From Macrostomum lignano (lineage: Eukaryota), in the NCBI GenBank assembly GCA_002269645.1, contig NIVC01000934.1:62001-126000 (forward strand): a stretch of 64,000 nt of DNA, written 5' to 3'. The position numbers and the translations under genes were made by a program. The notes beneath the pieces are model-generated. The model had not been told where the DNA came from. It ran no database searches and saw nothing but the letters and a program-made list of their open reading frames with translations. How positions within the stretch are numbered: position 1 is the stretch's first letter; each line of letters opens with the position of its first letter. Positions 25,788 through 37,678 of the stretch are shown piece by piece.

Positions 25788-26010
25788 AAGGTTGACAGAT
25801 ATTTTTAGATTTTCAAGGCTTATTGGGGGCATTGCTGAGATGTCAGGGGGGGGGAGTTGATATGTTAAAGCTTGTGGGGGGAATTACTGACATGTCAAGG
25901 CTTACAAGGTTTGACAGGAGATTTTTTAAGATTTCAAGGATACATGTAGCTTATTAAAAAAACGTGTATTGCATTTCTTTGGCTCCCCAACGGGGGGCGT
26001 AGATTGCTAG

Positions 26011-26200
26011 TTGGGATTCTAGGAATTGGGATTCTAGGAATTGGGATTCTAGGAATTGGGATTCTAGAAATTGGGATTCTAGGAATTGGGATTCTAGGAA
26101 TTGGGATTCTAGGAATTGGGATTCTAGGGATTGGGATTCTAAGGTTTGGGATTCTAGGAGAACTGGGAATCTGGGAGAGTTAGGATCCCAAGAATTGGGA
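26011..26200 (+). repeat. 15-bp minisatellite (GGAATTGGGATTCTA)n, right half
   Basis: Resumes with TTGGGATTCT, completing the GGAA|TTGGG unit broken at 9054. Confidence 0.92.
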
Positions 26201-26562
26201 TTTTGTTAATAGGGATTTTAATAACAAAGATTTTAAATATAAAAAATTATCATAGAAAATATACTTTAATTTAAAAAAGTTCATTTTATTATTTCTCTAC
26301 TTTTAATAAGACATTCATATTAGCATAAAATAGAAAAATGGTTATATATTTTGCATAAACTCAAACCAAGATTCCTATTTAGCCCCAGATTAATTAATAT
26401 GACTATACTTGGAATTTAGTCAAAGCTGTTAGAATACTGGGTGCATAAATTAAAACATTACACTTACAAAAATATTTTTATATACAGTGACCAAATTACT
26501 TCTTACAATTACATTAAAATGTACACTATGTTAGTTCTCTTATATCTATATCTATATCTCTA

Positions 26563-26813
26563 TCCATCCGGGCCAAAGCCTACTGCCCAGAGCCGCTGCA
26601 GGACGTCCTGCTGTGGACCCCGCAGGGACCGCACAGGCGTGGTCAGGGACGATCAGCCCGCTACGTCGACCACCTTTTTGAAGATGCGCGAGCACCCAGC
26701 CAGACAGCCAGTGTGAAGCACATTAGAGACCTGGCTCTGAAATGCACAATTTGATGCTCCCCCCTCTTGGCCACTCCCGTGGCTGGTGTGGGGCGTAACT
26801 ATTATTATTATTA
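26563..26813 (+). mobile_element. 5'-truncated non-LTR retrotransposon 3' end (RTE-like), with (TAT)n tail
   Basis: Translates SIRAKAYCPEPLQDVLLWTPQGPHRRGQGRSARYVDHLFED, resembling the W-x-P...R-GR...Y-D C-terminus of RTE-type ORF2. Short 3' UTR, ATT-repeat tail and TATATCTATA on both flanks. Confidence 0.6.
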
Positions 26814-26994
26814 TATATCTATATATCATTATCAGCAAAACTAGAAAGTTATTCAATAAATTCTCTACTAGCTTCTAGGACTCTCTAGAGCTCTACAGCT
26901 CTAGCAACCTCCTTGTTTGGAATTTTCTCCCATGCCCTACAGATAGTAGCACATAGATCTGCCACACTCCTATGTTAAATTTGACAGGCCTCCT

Positions 26995-27197
26995 TCTTTG
27001 CACATACCCAAAAATAGAAGTATGAGAAGATATACACATGTCTCCTTCTCTGCACATACCCAAGAATAGAAGTCTAAGAAGATATACACATGTCTCATTC
27101 TCTGCACATACCCAAAAATAGAAGTCTGAGAAGATATACACATGTCTCCTTCTCTGCACATACCCAAAAATAGAAGTCTGAGAAGATATACACATGT
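26995..27197 (+). repeat. 52-bp tandem repeat, ~4 copies
   Basis: Direct periodicity. Confidence 0.88.
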
Positions 27198-29202
27198 TTA
27201 TCATAGGACTTCAGCCACTTTAGCAGACCCCTAGTCTGTTGCACAAAAATACTTCTAGTTGGCAAACACTATGACAGGTAACAATAGTCTTGCTATGCTA
27301 TACAAGGCTAGATCTTCTTTGAATCTTTGATGAGTTTCCATATTATGGAGTTAGCCATATTAAAGTCACATGCTAGCTGCTAGATGCTCCTCCTAGGATT
27401 TCAACAAATCTGTTGTTTTATAGCAGAGTAAGATATACAGAAGCATCTATTACCATGCTAAGCTTTCATGTCCTTAGTCTTATTAAAGAGCTTTTTAGTT
27501 TGATAGACTTTGTCTTAAGATACCAAATGGTCTTAAAATTGATACTAGCTTCTTATCCATATAAAGCTTTTTCAACAATCTTTTTTCAAACCTCCTGTAC
27601 TGTACTTGGTCATTTCAAAAGCAAATGGAATCAAATTTTGTATATAAGCTTTAAACCTTTAATATCACTTGTTTATATATTTAGGCCCCTATAGCCCCCA
27701 GAAAATGAAAAACAAAAACAAAAACAAGAGGTTCAAGTGTAAAATTTTAATATGTGCACTCAATATTACTAGAGCACTACACAAGAGTAGTAGTAATAGG
27801 TTAGGTTATGGCCTACTAGTCAAGTATTCAAATGAGTTAAAAATAATAATTTATCAAAAAAGATATTTTGATTTTTTAATTTTTTTAATTCTAGCTAGAT
27901 TAAAGTAAGCCAATAAGCCCATGGGCAATTCTAGACTTAAATTAGAGGATTATCTTATTTTTTCTACTATCTTCAAAATAAAATAGGATTGCTATATACT
28001 TGATTTTTTATTAAAAGTAAAAACTTTAAACTTGACTCAAATAACTTGATTTATCAAAAAGACTTGACCACATACTCAACAAATTCTAAATCTATGGCTA
28101 TGCTTAATTGGATGCTAAGAGTAATATCTTAACTTAAATTTAGGCCCTATAAATACTTTAAAGAAAATATTGGATATTATTTTTAATGATGATTTTTGTT
28201 TGTTAGGCCTACTTAAAATTTTAAGAAAAAATATTTTTAAGTTTGTAAAATCATTTTAGTTTTATAGTTTTTTTTTCTTTTAAACTTTTCAAACAATATT
28301 TTTTAATTGAAAATGTTATAATATGTTCGCAGGTATCAAGATTCAAGATTCAAGGTTTGGATCGAAATGAAAGAAAACATTTTGAAAGCGAAGAGAAGCA
28401 AAACTCCGAATTTATGGTCTTAATATCCTTCCAAAGATGTTCTAATAAAACTATGATAAGCCTATTTGGCTTGACTAAAACAATTCATCTTCAATGACCT
28501 TAATTAAACAGCATTCATTTCTATGTAAATTTCTCATTCAAAAAAACCGCCACTGTCGTACTTTTCTGAAAATTTTCGTGACTGTTCCGGAATCTTTTCA
28601 CATTGCTAATCCGTGCTTTGCTTCTGTTTCGATATCGAACCAAGCCGTCGGGAACGGGTGTGGTGGTATAGAAGAGCAGTCATGAAAAGAGTTTGACAGC
28701 TCTAATCCACCAGTCTGGGCCAGGCGTCAGTCGGGGGCGGTTTTGCTGGCTTGGCACGAAATCGTGCCATCAGTCTCATCGTGGTTAAAGCAAATTTGAT
28801 TTGTCACAATCGCCTCCATGAGATATTTATTTATCCAATATTATATTTTTCTTTCATCCTTTTACTATAGGTTGCTTTTGTTTTCTGGGTATTGAAATGT
28901 GGACGCAGTTGGCTCAAAGGCCACAGTTGGATACCCTGGCCGTGATGTTGTTGTAAATTATGTCATTATGTCAGTTATTCATGAAGTAATAAATCTTTGA
29001 AACTAGTTCATAAGGATGAAAAAGACCTTTACAGCGGAATTTCACTGACACAGAGACTCAAGCGGCTCTCCCATGAATTTTCACATTCTGCTGTGTTAGC
29101 AGGCACTTTTCCTTCCCACTTCGCTCCGCCCAATTCCTTTCCATTTCATTGTTCCCGCTTCCCCTAGCAACGCTTTTCATCGCAGCTTAAGCGCGGAAGG
29201 CG

Positions 29203-29316
29203 ATGAGTTCTTGCGCCTCCTCAGCCAACCGGCTCAAGCAGAGAGATGGGGAGAAGCTGCTGAACCTCATCTACTTTGTGTTGGATCCGGTTTTGCTAAC
29301 AATGCCTGGGCTAAAG
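29203..29316 (+). CDS. GLUL: Putative first coding exon of glutamine synthetase (MSSCASSANR...MPGLK)
   Basis: Open from ATG to AAG|GTAAAC; phase 0 matches the acceptor at 29917. There is an alternative ATG at 29302. No homology support. Confidence 0.5.
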
Positions 29317-29917
29317 GTAAACCCTCATCCCCACCCCACTGCCAAGGCCTTCTTATCATCAAGGAAGTCTGTAAAGCTTTGAGAGTAAAACCATTCAGCT
29401 ACAGGGGAGCTCATCCTATAGCGATTCAACACGGAAGCGAACCAACCCAGCAGAACTCCAGCACTCGAAGGCTGAGGGATTATCCGCAGTTATTGTTTAT
29501 CCAGTCATAAAAACGGCCACAGCTATGCTTGGAATAAACGTCACGAACAAGACCTCCCTAATGGTGAGTCATCAGTGAGACTGGATCCTCATTGATAATA
29601 AATGATATTTTCTGTTGAAAGGCCATAAATTCCAAAGTTAATTGCTTCACCTGTCAGCGATTAACAAAAAAGGATAAGGTGCCTCTGATACGCCTCTGAT
29701 AGTAAGGCAGGTTCGCTTAACCTCAGCTCTTATTTATTGATTTCCACGGTCAAGTTGCATTGCCGCCAGCGCTGCAAGTTAAGCAGAGCCGGTTGTGGTT
29801 ATTACGCAGATGAATAGGCTTGCTTCAGGCAGCTGAGCTCCAGTTGAGGCTCGCATTCCTATTCCATAATCCCATATGGTTGCTATGCTGGTTACTGTGC
29901 TGCCACCTCACCGACAG

Positions 29918-30041
29918 AGGTACCTGGCCCTGCCGCAGCCCGAGGACAAGGTGCAGTGCATGTACATCTGGATTGACGGCTCCGGGGAGAACCTGCGGGC
30001 CAAGACTCGAACTGTTGAAACCGTGCCGAAAGATCCCAAAA
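29918..30041 (+). CDS. GLUL: Glutamine synthetase (GSII) exon ([32 protein letters not shown])
   Basis: Matches GSII MYIWIDGTGEGLRCKTRT. GACAG acceptor and A|GTGAGC donor. Confidence 0.92.
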
Positions 30042-30184
30042 GTGAGCAGTTGAGACTGAGTTGATGAGGCACTCAGGGCTAAAGTACAAAGCTCTTAATT
30101 GCTTAGCACGCTTTTTCAGGTGGCATCGGGCGCTCGGGACTCAGTGAGTTCTCTGATTTCTGTGGCATTGATGAGGCTGGGAGA

Positions 30185-30660
30185 CTGGGGATGGGGCAGT
30201 GAGTAGAGTGGGGATGGGGCAGTGAGTGGAGTGGGCATGGGGCAGTGAGTGGAGTGGGCATGGGGCAGTGAGTAGAGTGGGGATGGGGCAGTGAGTAGAG
30301 TGGGCATGGGGCAGTGAGTAGAGTGGGGATGGGGCAGTGAGTAGAGTGGGGATGGGGCAGTGAGTAGAGTGGGGATGGGGCAGTGAGTGGAGTGGGGATG
30401 GGGCAGTGAGTGGAGTGGGCATGGGGCAGTGAGTAGAGTGGGGATGGGGCAGTGAGTGGAGTGGGGATGGGGCAGTGAGTGGAGTGGGCATGGGGCAGTG
30501 AGTAGAGTGGGGATGGGGCAGTGAGTAGAGTGGGCATGGGGCAGTGAGTAGAGTGGGCATGGGGCAGTGAGTGGAGTGGGCATGGGGCAGTGAGTAGAGT
30601 GGACATGGGGCAGTGAGTAGAGTGGGGATGGGGCAGTGAGTAGAGTGGGGATGGGGCAGT
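30185..30660 (+). repeat. 23-bp intronic minisatellite (GGGGCAGTGAGTAGAGTGGGGAT)n
   Basis: Direct periodicity. Confidence 0.95.
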
Positions 30661-31395
30661 GCAGAAAGCCAGCCACTCCAGCCAGCCCACAGAAACTGGG
30701 TGCCCCCACAAGCCAAGCCAGACTGCAGGCTGAGCCGGCCTGAGCAGCGGCTCACAAAGGCTGCATCGATCTGTGGGAGCTCACCTGGCAGAGGCTGTGA
30801 GAATTCAGAGAGCCCTGCCGCCGGGCTCCTCTGCATGAATTGTGCAGGACCGGCGTCTCTCCCACCGCCCTGCCGTCAGGCAGCTCAGCTTGCAGCTCAG
30901 TACACTTCAAAGACAGGCGAACTCAGAGACTGAGATGCTGTTCCATTCTCACCTTATGAACTTCTCAGCTGCCTTTGCATTCCACCCAGTGGATTGTGTT
31001 TCACACCCAAGTTTTCCCTTTCAGCCTCTCAGCTTGTATTTGCACTTTTGTTGCTAGGATACCAGTGAGACTCAACAGGTGATGCGTGGAAAATGATTCA
31101 AAACATGATACTACTTATAAGGAATCTAAGAAAAGTAGTATACTGGGTAATTCAAGTAGGCCAGCCGACTTGCCTGCCAAAAGTCATAAGAACCAAAAGT
31201 AATATGAGAATATTATACATTTAGTATTGGTGAAGTAGCCCACAGCCCCCTTAGGGGTTCATAAAGTTATATATAATAATTTCTGCACCTTGTTACAGAA
31301 TGGAAATGATGCTAAATATGTGTAGACATACATCAACTTCCCAAATTATCCCATGAGTGCACTCGCACCTAAATCCACTCCCCGAGCTCCCGCAG

Positions 31396-31844
31396 ACCTG
31401 CCCATCTGGAACTTCGATGGCTCCAGCACGGGCCAGGCGGAGGGCAAGAACTCTGACGTCATGCTGCACCCCGTGGCGCTGTTCAACGACCCGTTCCGCG
31501 GCGGCTCCAACAAGCTGGTGCTGTGCGAGACCTGCGGCCACGACGGCGGGCCGCTGCCCAGCAACAAGCGGCGCACCTGCCAGCAGGTGATGGAGCAGGC
31601 CAAGGAGTTCAAGCCCTGGTTCGGCATCGAGCAGGAGTACACCATGCTGGACACCGATGGGCACCCGTTCGGCTGGCCCAAGAACGGCTTTCCCGGGCCG
31701 CAGGGTCCCTACTACACCGGGGTCGGGGCCCGCAATGTCTACGGCAGGGACGTGGTGGAGTCTCACTACCGGGCCTGCATGTACGCTGGGGTGAAGATTG
31801 CCGGCACCAATGCTGAGGTCATGCCGGCTCAGTGGGAGTTTCAG
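31396..31844 (+). CDS. GLUL: Glutamine synthetase exon ([11 protein letters not shown]...PWFGIEQEY...[12 protein letters not shown])
   Basis: Canonical GSII motifs; CGCAG acceptor and GTGAGC donor; phases consistent. Confidence 0.97.
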
Positions 31845-31861
31845 GTGAGCTGCTGTGGCAT

Positions 31862-32762
31862 TTTGCTTGATTTTCTGACATTTTTCTTGATTGTCTGACA
31901 TTCTGCTTGATTGTCTAACATTCTGCTTGATTGTCTGACAACCTGCTTGATTGTCTGACATTCTGCTTGATTGTCTGACATTCTGCTTGATTGTCTGACA
32001 TTCTGCTTGATTGTCTGACATTCTGCTTGATAGTCTAACATTCTACTTGATTGTCTAACATTCTACTTGATTGTCTAACATTCTGCTTGATTGTCTAACA
32101 TTCTGCTTGATTGTCTAACATTCTGCTTGATTGTCTGACAACCTGCTTGATTGTCTAACATTCTGCTTGATTGTCTGACATTCTGCTTGATTGTCTGACA
32201 TTCTGCTTGATTGTCTGACATTCTGCTTGATTGTCTGACAACCTGCTTGATTGTCTAACATTCTGCTTGATTGTCTGACATTCTGCTTGATTGTCTGACA
32301 TTCTGCTTGATTGTCTGACATTCTGCTTGATTGTCTGACATTCTACTTGATTGTCTAACATTCTACTTGATTGTCTGACATTCTACTTGATTGTCTAACA
32401 TTCTACTTGATTGTCTAACATTCTGCTTGATTGTCTGACATTCTGCTTGATTGTCTAACATTCTGCTTGATTGTCTAACTTTCTACTTGATTGTCTAACA
32501 TTCTACTTGATTGTCTGACACCCTGCTTGATTGTCTAACTTTCTACTTGATTGTCTAACATTCTGCTTGATTGTCTGACAACCTGCTTGATTGTCTGACA
32601 TTCTGCTTGATTGTCTGACAACCTGCTTGATTGTCTGACATTCTGCTTGATTGTCTGACATTCTGCTTGATTGTCTGACATTCTGCTTGATTGTCTAACT
32701 TTCTACTTGATTGTCTAACATTCTGCTTGATTGTCTGACAACCTGCTTGATTGTCTGACACC
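31862..32762 (+). repeat. 20-bp intronic minisatellite (TTGATTGTCTGACATTCTGC)n
   Basis: Direct periodicity. Confidence 0.96.
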
Positions 32763-32911
32763 CTCCTGGTCCCTGAAACTCATTGGCGATTTCCAGTTAG
32801 AGTGAACTGCAAGAGAAATGAAAATCCCTTCTGCCCTACTCAAACAGTGGCGGGCAGTAGTAGTTCATACCGCACACTCACACAGACAGCCGACCCAAAC
32901 CCCGCCGCCAG

Positions 32912-33239
32912 GTCGGTCCCTGCGAAGGCATCGACATGGGCGACCACCTGTGGCTCGGCCGCTTCCTGCTGCACCGGGTCGCCGAGGACTTCGGCGTCGC
33001 CGTCTCCTTCGACCCGAAGCCGATGCCGGGCGACTGGAACGGCGCCGGGGCGCACACGAACTTCAGCACGCTGCAGATGCGCCAGCCGGAGGGCATGAAG
33101 GCCATCATCGAGGGCATCGAGAGGCTCGGCAAGCGGCACGCCGCCCACATCCGCGCCTACGACCCGCACGGAGGCGCCGACAACAAGAGGCGGCTCACGG
33201 GGCTGCACGAGACCTCCAGCATCGACGACTTCAGCTACG
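32912..33239 (+). CDS. GLUL: Glutamine synthetase exon ([14 protein letters not shown]...[20 protein letters not shown]...[10 protein letters not shown])
   Basis: Canonical GSII motifs and splice sites. Confidence 0.97.
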
Positions 33240-33243
33240 GTGT

Positions 33244-33420
33244 GGGATCGGGATCTGGGATCGGGATCTGGGATCGGGATCTGGGATCGGGATCTGGGAT
33301 CGGGATCTGGGATCGGGATCTGGGATCGGGATCTGGGATCGGGATCTGGGATCGGGATCTGGGATCGGGATCTGGGATCGGGATCTGGGATCGGGATCTG
33401 GGATCGGGATCTGGGATCTG
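33244..33420 (+). repeat. 13-bp intronic minisatellite (GGGATCGGGATCT)n
   Basis: Direct periodicity; begins 4 nt after the donor GT. Confidence 0.95.
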
Positions 33421-33447
33421 AAGTCCGCATCCTCAAAACCCCTACAG

Positions 33448-33602
33448 GCGTGGCGCACCGCGGCTGCTCCATCCGCATCCCGCGGCAGTGCAGCGATGAC
33501 GGCTGCGGCTACCTGGAGGACCGGCGGCCGGCCTCCAACTGCGACCCCTACTGCGTCACCGAGATGCTGGTGCGCACCGTCTGCCTGAACGAGTCCGGCT
33601 GA
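33448..33602 (+). CDS. GLUL: Glutamine synthetase last exon ([13 protein letters not shown]...[14 protein letters not shown]...NESG*)
   Basis: GSII SIRIPR and EDRRP motifs; TGA at 33600-33602. Confidence 0.97.
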
Positions 33603-33834
33603 CACGCCAGGGACAACAGAGCTGTCTTGCGGACAAAAGTGAACAGAAAAAATTCTTGTCTTATAAAACTGAGCACAATTCACTCAATGTAGATCCGAGC
33701 TTGCAGAACTTTTCACTTTCCCTGTCAATCTACGCCCGTATGAGCAATCAATCGATCAGGTTCGGTTGATTAAACTGAAATCAGTTGATATCAAGATACT
33801 TTAATAAATACACCGCACTTAATAGAACTATCTA

Positions 33835-34650
<816 letters not shown>

Positions 34651-34659
34651 CTACATGTA

Positions 34660-35410
34660 ACTAACTTTCCCACCGATACACTTGATGCTGAAGTCGTAGG
34701 CCATCAGCCTGTCTGCTCTGTGCCCGGTGCCGGAGCTGCTCCGCGGAGCAGTCAACGCCCGGCGGTGCGTCTGCAGCTCGAAATTCCGGCCCAATAGGCT
34801 GAAATTCCATCGTTCGCACGCGAAGATGCACACCAGAGCTTCGCGCTCGGAGGCGGAGTGCTTGCGTTCTGCCGCGCTCAGCGTTCTTGAAGCGAAGGCC
34901 ACGGGGCGGCAGTTTCCGAGCTCCTCTTCTTGGGCGAGGACTGCACCGGCTGCTGTGGCTGAGCTGTCACAAGAACTTCAGGCATGGGGGCGACACGATC
35001 AGCGACTTCAGAGCCTCAAATGCTTGCGAACGCGAAGGCGCGTCCTTCCGCAGAAGCTGCAGCAGAGACTCCGCCACCGTCGACAGAATGTCCAGAAAGT
35101 GGCCACAGAACTGCACCATGCCGACAAACGAGGCGACCTCCTTCTGGCACTTTGGACTCTTGATGCTCGTGATGGCGTCCACGTTGAATGTGATCGGTCG
35201 GAGCCCTCACTGCTGAGAATAGCCGAGGAACTCCACGCGGTCTCTGGCCCTCTGGCAATTCTCTGTTTAGTCAAATCGCTGCTCCAAGAATTGCACGGAA
35301 ACCCCAAACCAGCTACTGACAGTAGAAACGAAAGCAAAAGCTTGTCAACCGTGCAGACTCAGTCAGAAATTGCACAAAATGTCATCAGAAACTCGGTGAC
35401 AAAAACATCA
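34660..35410 (-). mobile_element. Degenerate Ty3/Gypsy pol relic (RT C-terminus and RNase H)
   Basis: Fragments FSDDIL, RVEFLGY, KEVASFVGMVQF and FASRTLSAAERKHSASEREAL across frameshifts and stops. Confidence 0.85.
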
Positions 35411-35869
35411 CGCGCTGCCCCGGTGCCCAGAGCTGGGGTGGCTGCTCGCACAGACAGGCAGGCGGGTGGCCTTCAATCTCTCTCTGCAGTCTCTCACAGT
35501 GCCTGCGAACTTCTGTTTTGCACCACGCCACCTGAGTGCATCGCCCCACCTCTGTGCTCGAGCCCTCCGAGTCTCCGAGCCCAGACCGCAGCCCCAGAAC
35601 AATGGGGCTCTCCGGCCCCCTCACCGCCCCCGCCCTGCGGCTGCCAAAGCCAGCGGCGGCTCTAAGGTGGGCGGCAGCTCGAGTCTCAACTGTTGCCATG
35701 GTGACCGGGCAGATGGGGCAGGTGAGGCTTTACTAATTGCTGCTGCAGGTGCAGCTGGGCTGGGGAGGGCAGCTGCGCTTTTATGACTGTTTTGTTATTC
35801 TCAGCTGCTGCGACCTGCCTGCTCAGAAAGTGCAAAGTAAAGAGTTGGACTGCTTTGTGGCATCAGCCT

Positions 35870-36760
35870 GCCTGTGCTGTCTCCCTCTGCTGTCTCCCTC
35901 TGCTGTCTCCCTCTGCTATCTCCCTCTGCTGTCTCCCTCTGCTGTCTCCCTCTGCTGTCTCCCTCTGCTGTCTCCCTCTGCTGTCTCCCTCTGCTGTCTC
36001 CCTCTGCTGTCTCCCTCTGCTGTCTCCCTCTGCTGTCTCCCTCCGCTGTCTCCCTCTGCTGTCTCCCTCTGCTGTCTCCCTCTGCTGTCTCCCTCTGCTG
36101 TCTCCCTCTGCTGTCTCCCTCTGCTGTCTCCCTCTGCTGTCTCCCTCTGCTGTCTCCCTCCGCTGTCTCCCTCTGCTGTCTCCCTCTGCTGTCTCCCTCC
36201 GCTGTCTCCCTCTGCTGTCTCCCTCTGCTGTCTCCCTCTGCTGTCTCCCTCTGCTGTCTCCCTCTGCTGTCTCCCTCTGCTGTCTCCCTCTGCTGTCTCC
36301 CTCTGCTGTCTCCCTCTGCTGTCTCCCTCTGCTGTCTCCCTCTGCTGTCTCCCTCCGCTGTCTCCCTCTGCTGTCTCCCTCTGCTGTCTCCCTCTGCTGT
36401 CTCCCTCTGCTGTCTCCCTCTGCTGTCTCCCTCTGCTGTCTCCCTCTGCTGTCTCCCTCTGCTGTCTCCCTCTGCTGTCTCCCTCTGCTGTCTCCCTCTG
36501 CTGTCTCCCTCTGCTGTCTCCCTCTGCTGTCTCCCTCTGCTGTCTCCCTCTGCTGTCTCCCTCTGCTGTCTCCCTCTGCTGTCTCCCTCTGCTGTCTCCC
36601 TCTGCTGTCTCCCTCTGCTGTCTCCCTCTGCTGTCTCCCTCTGCTGTCTCCCTCTGCTGTCTCCCTCTGCTGTCTCCCTCTGCTGTCTCCCTCTGCTGTC
36701 TCCCTCTGCTGTCTCCCTCTGCTGTCTCCCTCTGCTGTCTCCCTCTACTGTCTCCCTCTA
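35870..36760 (+). repeat. 13-bp minisatellite (CTGCTGTCTCCCT)n, ~68 copies
   Basis: Direct periodicity. Confidence 0.97.
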
Positions 36761-37254
36761 CTTTCCGCTCGTGTCTGTGCCTGCAGTTGCCATGGACAGA
36801 AGGGGATAAAAGAATAAATATATGAGGCGAGATAAAACCAAATGGAAAGTTTCAAACATAAAAATATATTTCAAATCGGTGCCAAACAGGTTGAATATAA
36901 AAATTTTCCTCATCTTCATCATTTGGAAATGAAATCGGGGAATTCGGCAGACCGGGGCAGCGGGAAAATCCAAGGCTCTGGAGAAGCAGCCGAGAGTTTT
37001 GCTGAGCTCTGCTCAGGCATTCTGGGATAAATTGGTTGCTTATGGAACTGGGATTTGCATGCAAACTTTATAGCTCAGTCGGGTGCACAAGAAGTACTGA
37101 AGATTGCATAAAGGTTTAATGAGGTTAGCGATCTGCATCTGAATATTAAATAAATAATTGTGTTAATTTAAGCCACTGTATGGGAGCCCAGCTCAGTGAG
37201 TGGCACACTTTGGATACACGGCAACATGAGGGCTTATCTTAGAGTACTTCTGTC

Positions 37255-37678
37255 CCTGACTCATGCCAATCTGTCACTGACTCATGCCAATCTGTCACTG
37301 ACTCATGCCAATCTGTCACTGACTCATGCCAATCTGTCACTCACTCATGCCAATCTGTCACTGACTCATGCCAATCTGTCACTGACTCATGCCAATCTGT
37401 CACTGACTCATGCCAATCTGTCACTGACTCATGCCAATCTGTCACTGACTCATGCCAATCTGTCACTGACTCATGCCAGTCTGTCACTGACTCATGCCAA
37501 TCTGTCACTGACTCATGCCAATCTGCCACTCACTCATGCAAATCTGTCACTGACTCATGCCAATCTGTCACTGACTCATGCCAATCTGTCACTGACTCAT
37601 GCCAATCTGTCACTGACTCATGCCAATCTGTCACTGACTCATGCCAATCTGTCACTGACTCATGCCAGTCTGTCACTG
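37255..37678 (-). repeat. 21-bp minisatellite (CAGTGACAGATTGGCATGAGT)n beginning at the kinase-1 stop codon, ~20 copies
   Basis: Direct periodicity; the unit includes CAG TGA. Confidence 0.95.

Larger units (their letters stand above)
23308..26010 (+). mobile_element. Non-autonomous Helitron H5 (~2.7 kb)
   Basis: 5' TCCAATATACTAAAAATG. 3' hairpin plus CTAG at 26007-26010, followed by the host T. Confidence 0.85.

Noticed and set aside
9055-26010. Autonomous Helitron or captured host genes
   Set aside because: There is no Rep/helicase ORF. The 60-140-aa ORFs here recur only because the shared 5' core is repeated, and they show no recognisable domain.
28600-29100. Candidate PHKA first exons on the minus strand (ATGs at ~28683, ~28770, ~29082)
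   Set aside because: None combines a strong phase-0 donor with similarity to the PHKA N-terminus.
35450-35760. GC-rich island with donor-like sites, a possible orphan exon
   Set aside because: No recognisable protein in any frame and no partner exons; not supportable without RNA data.
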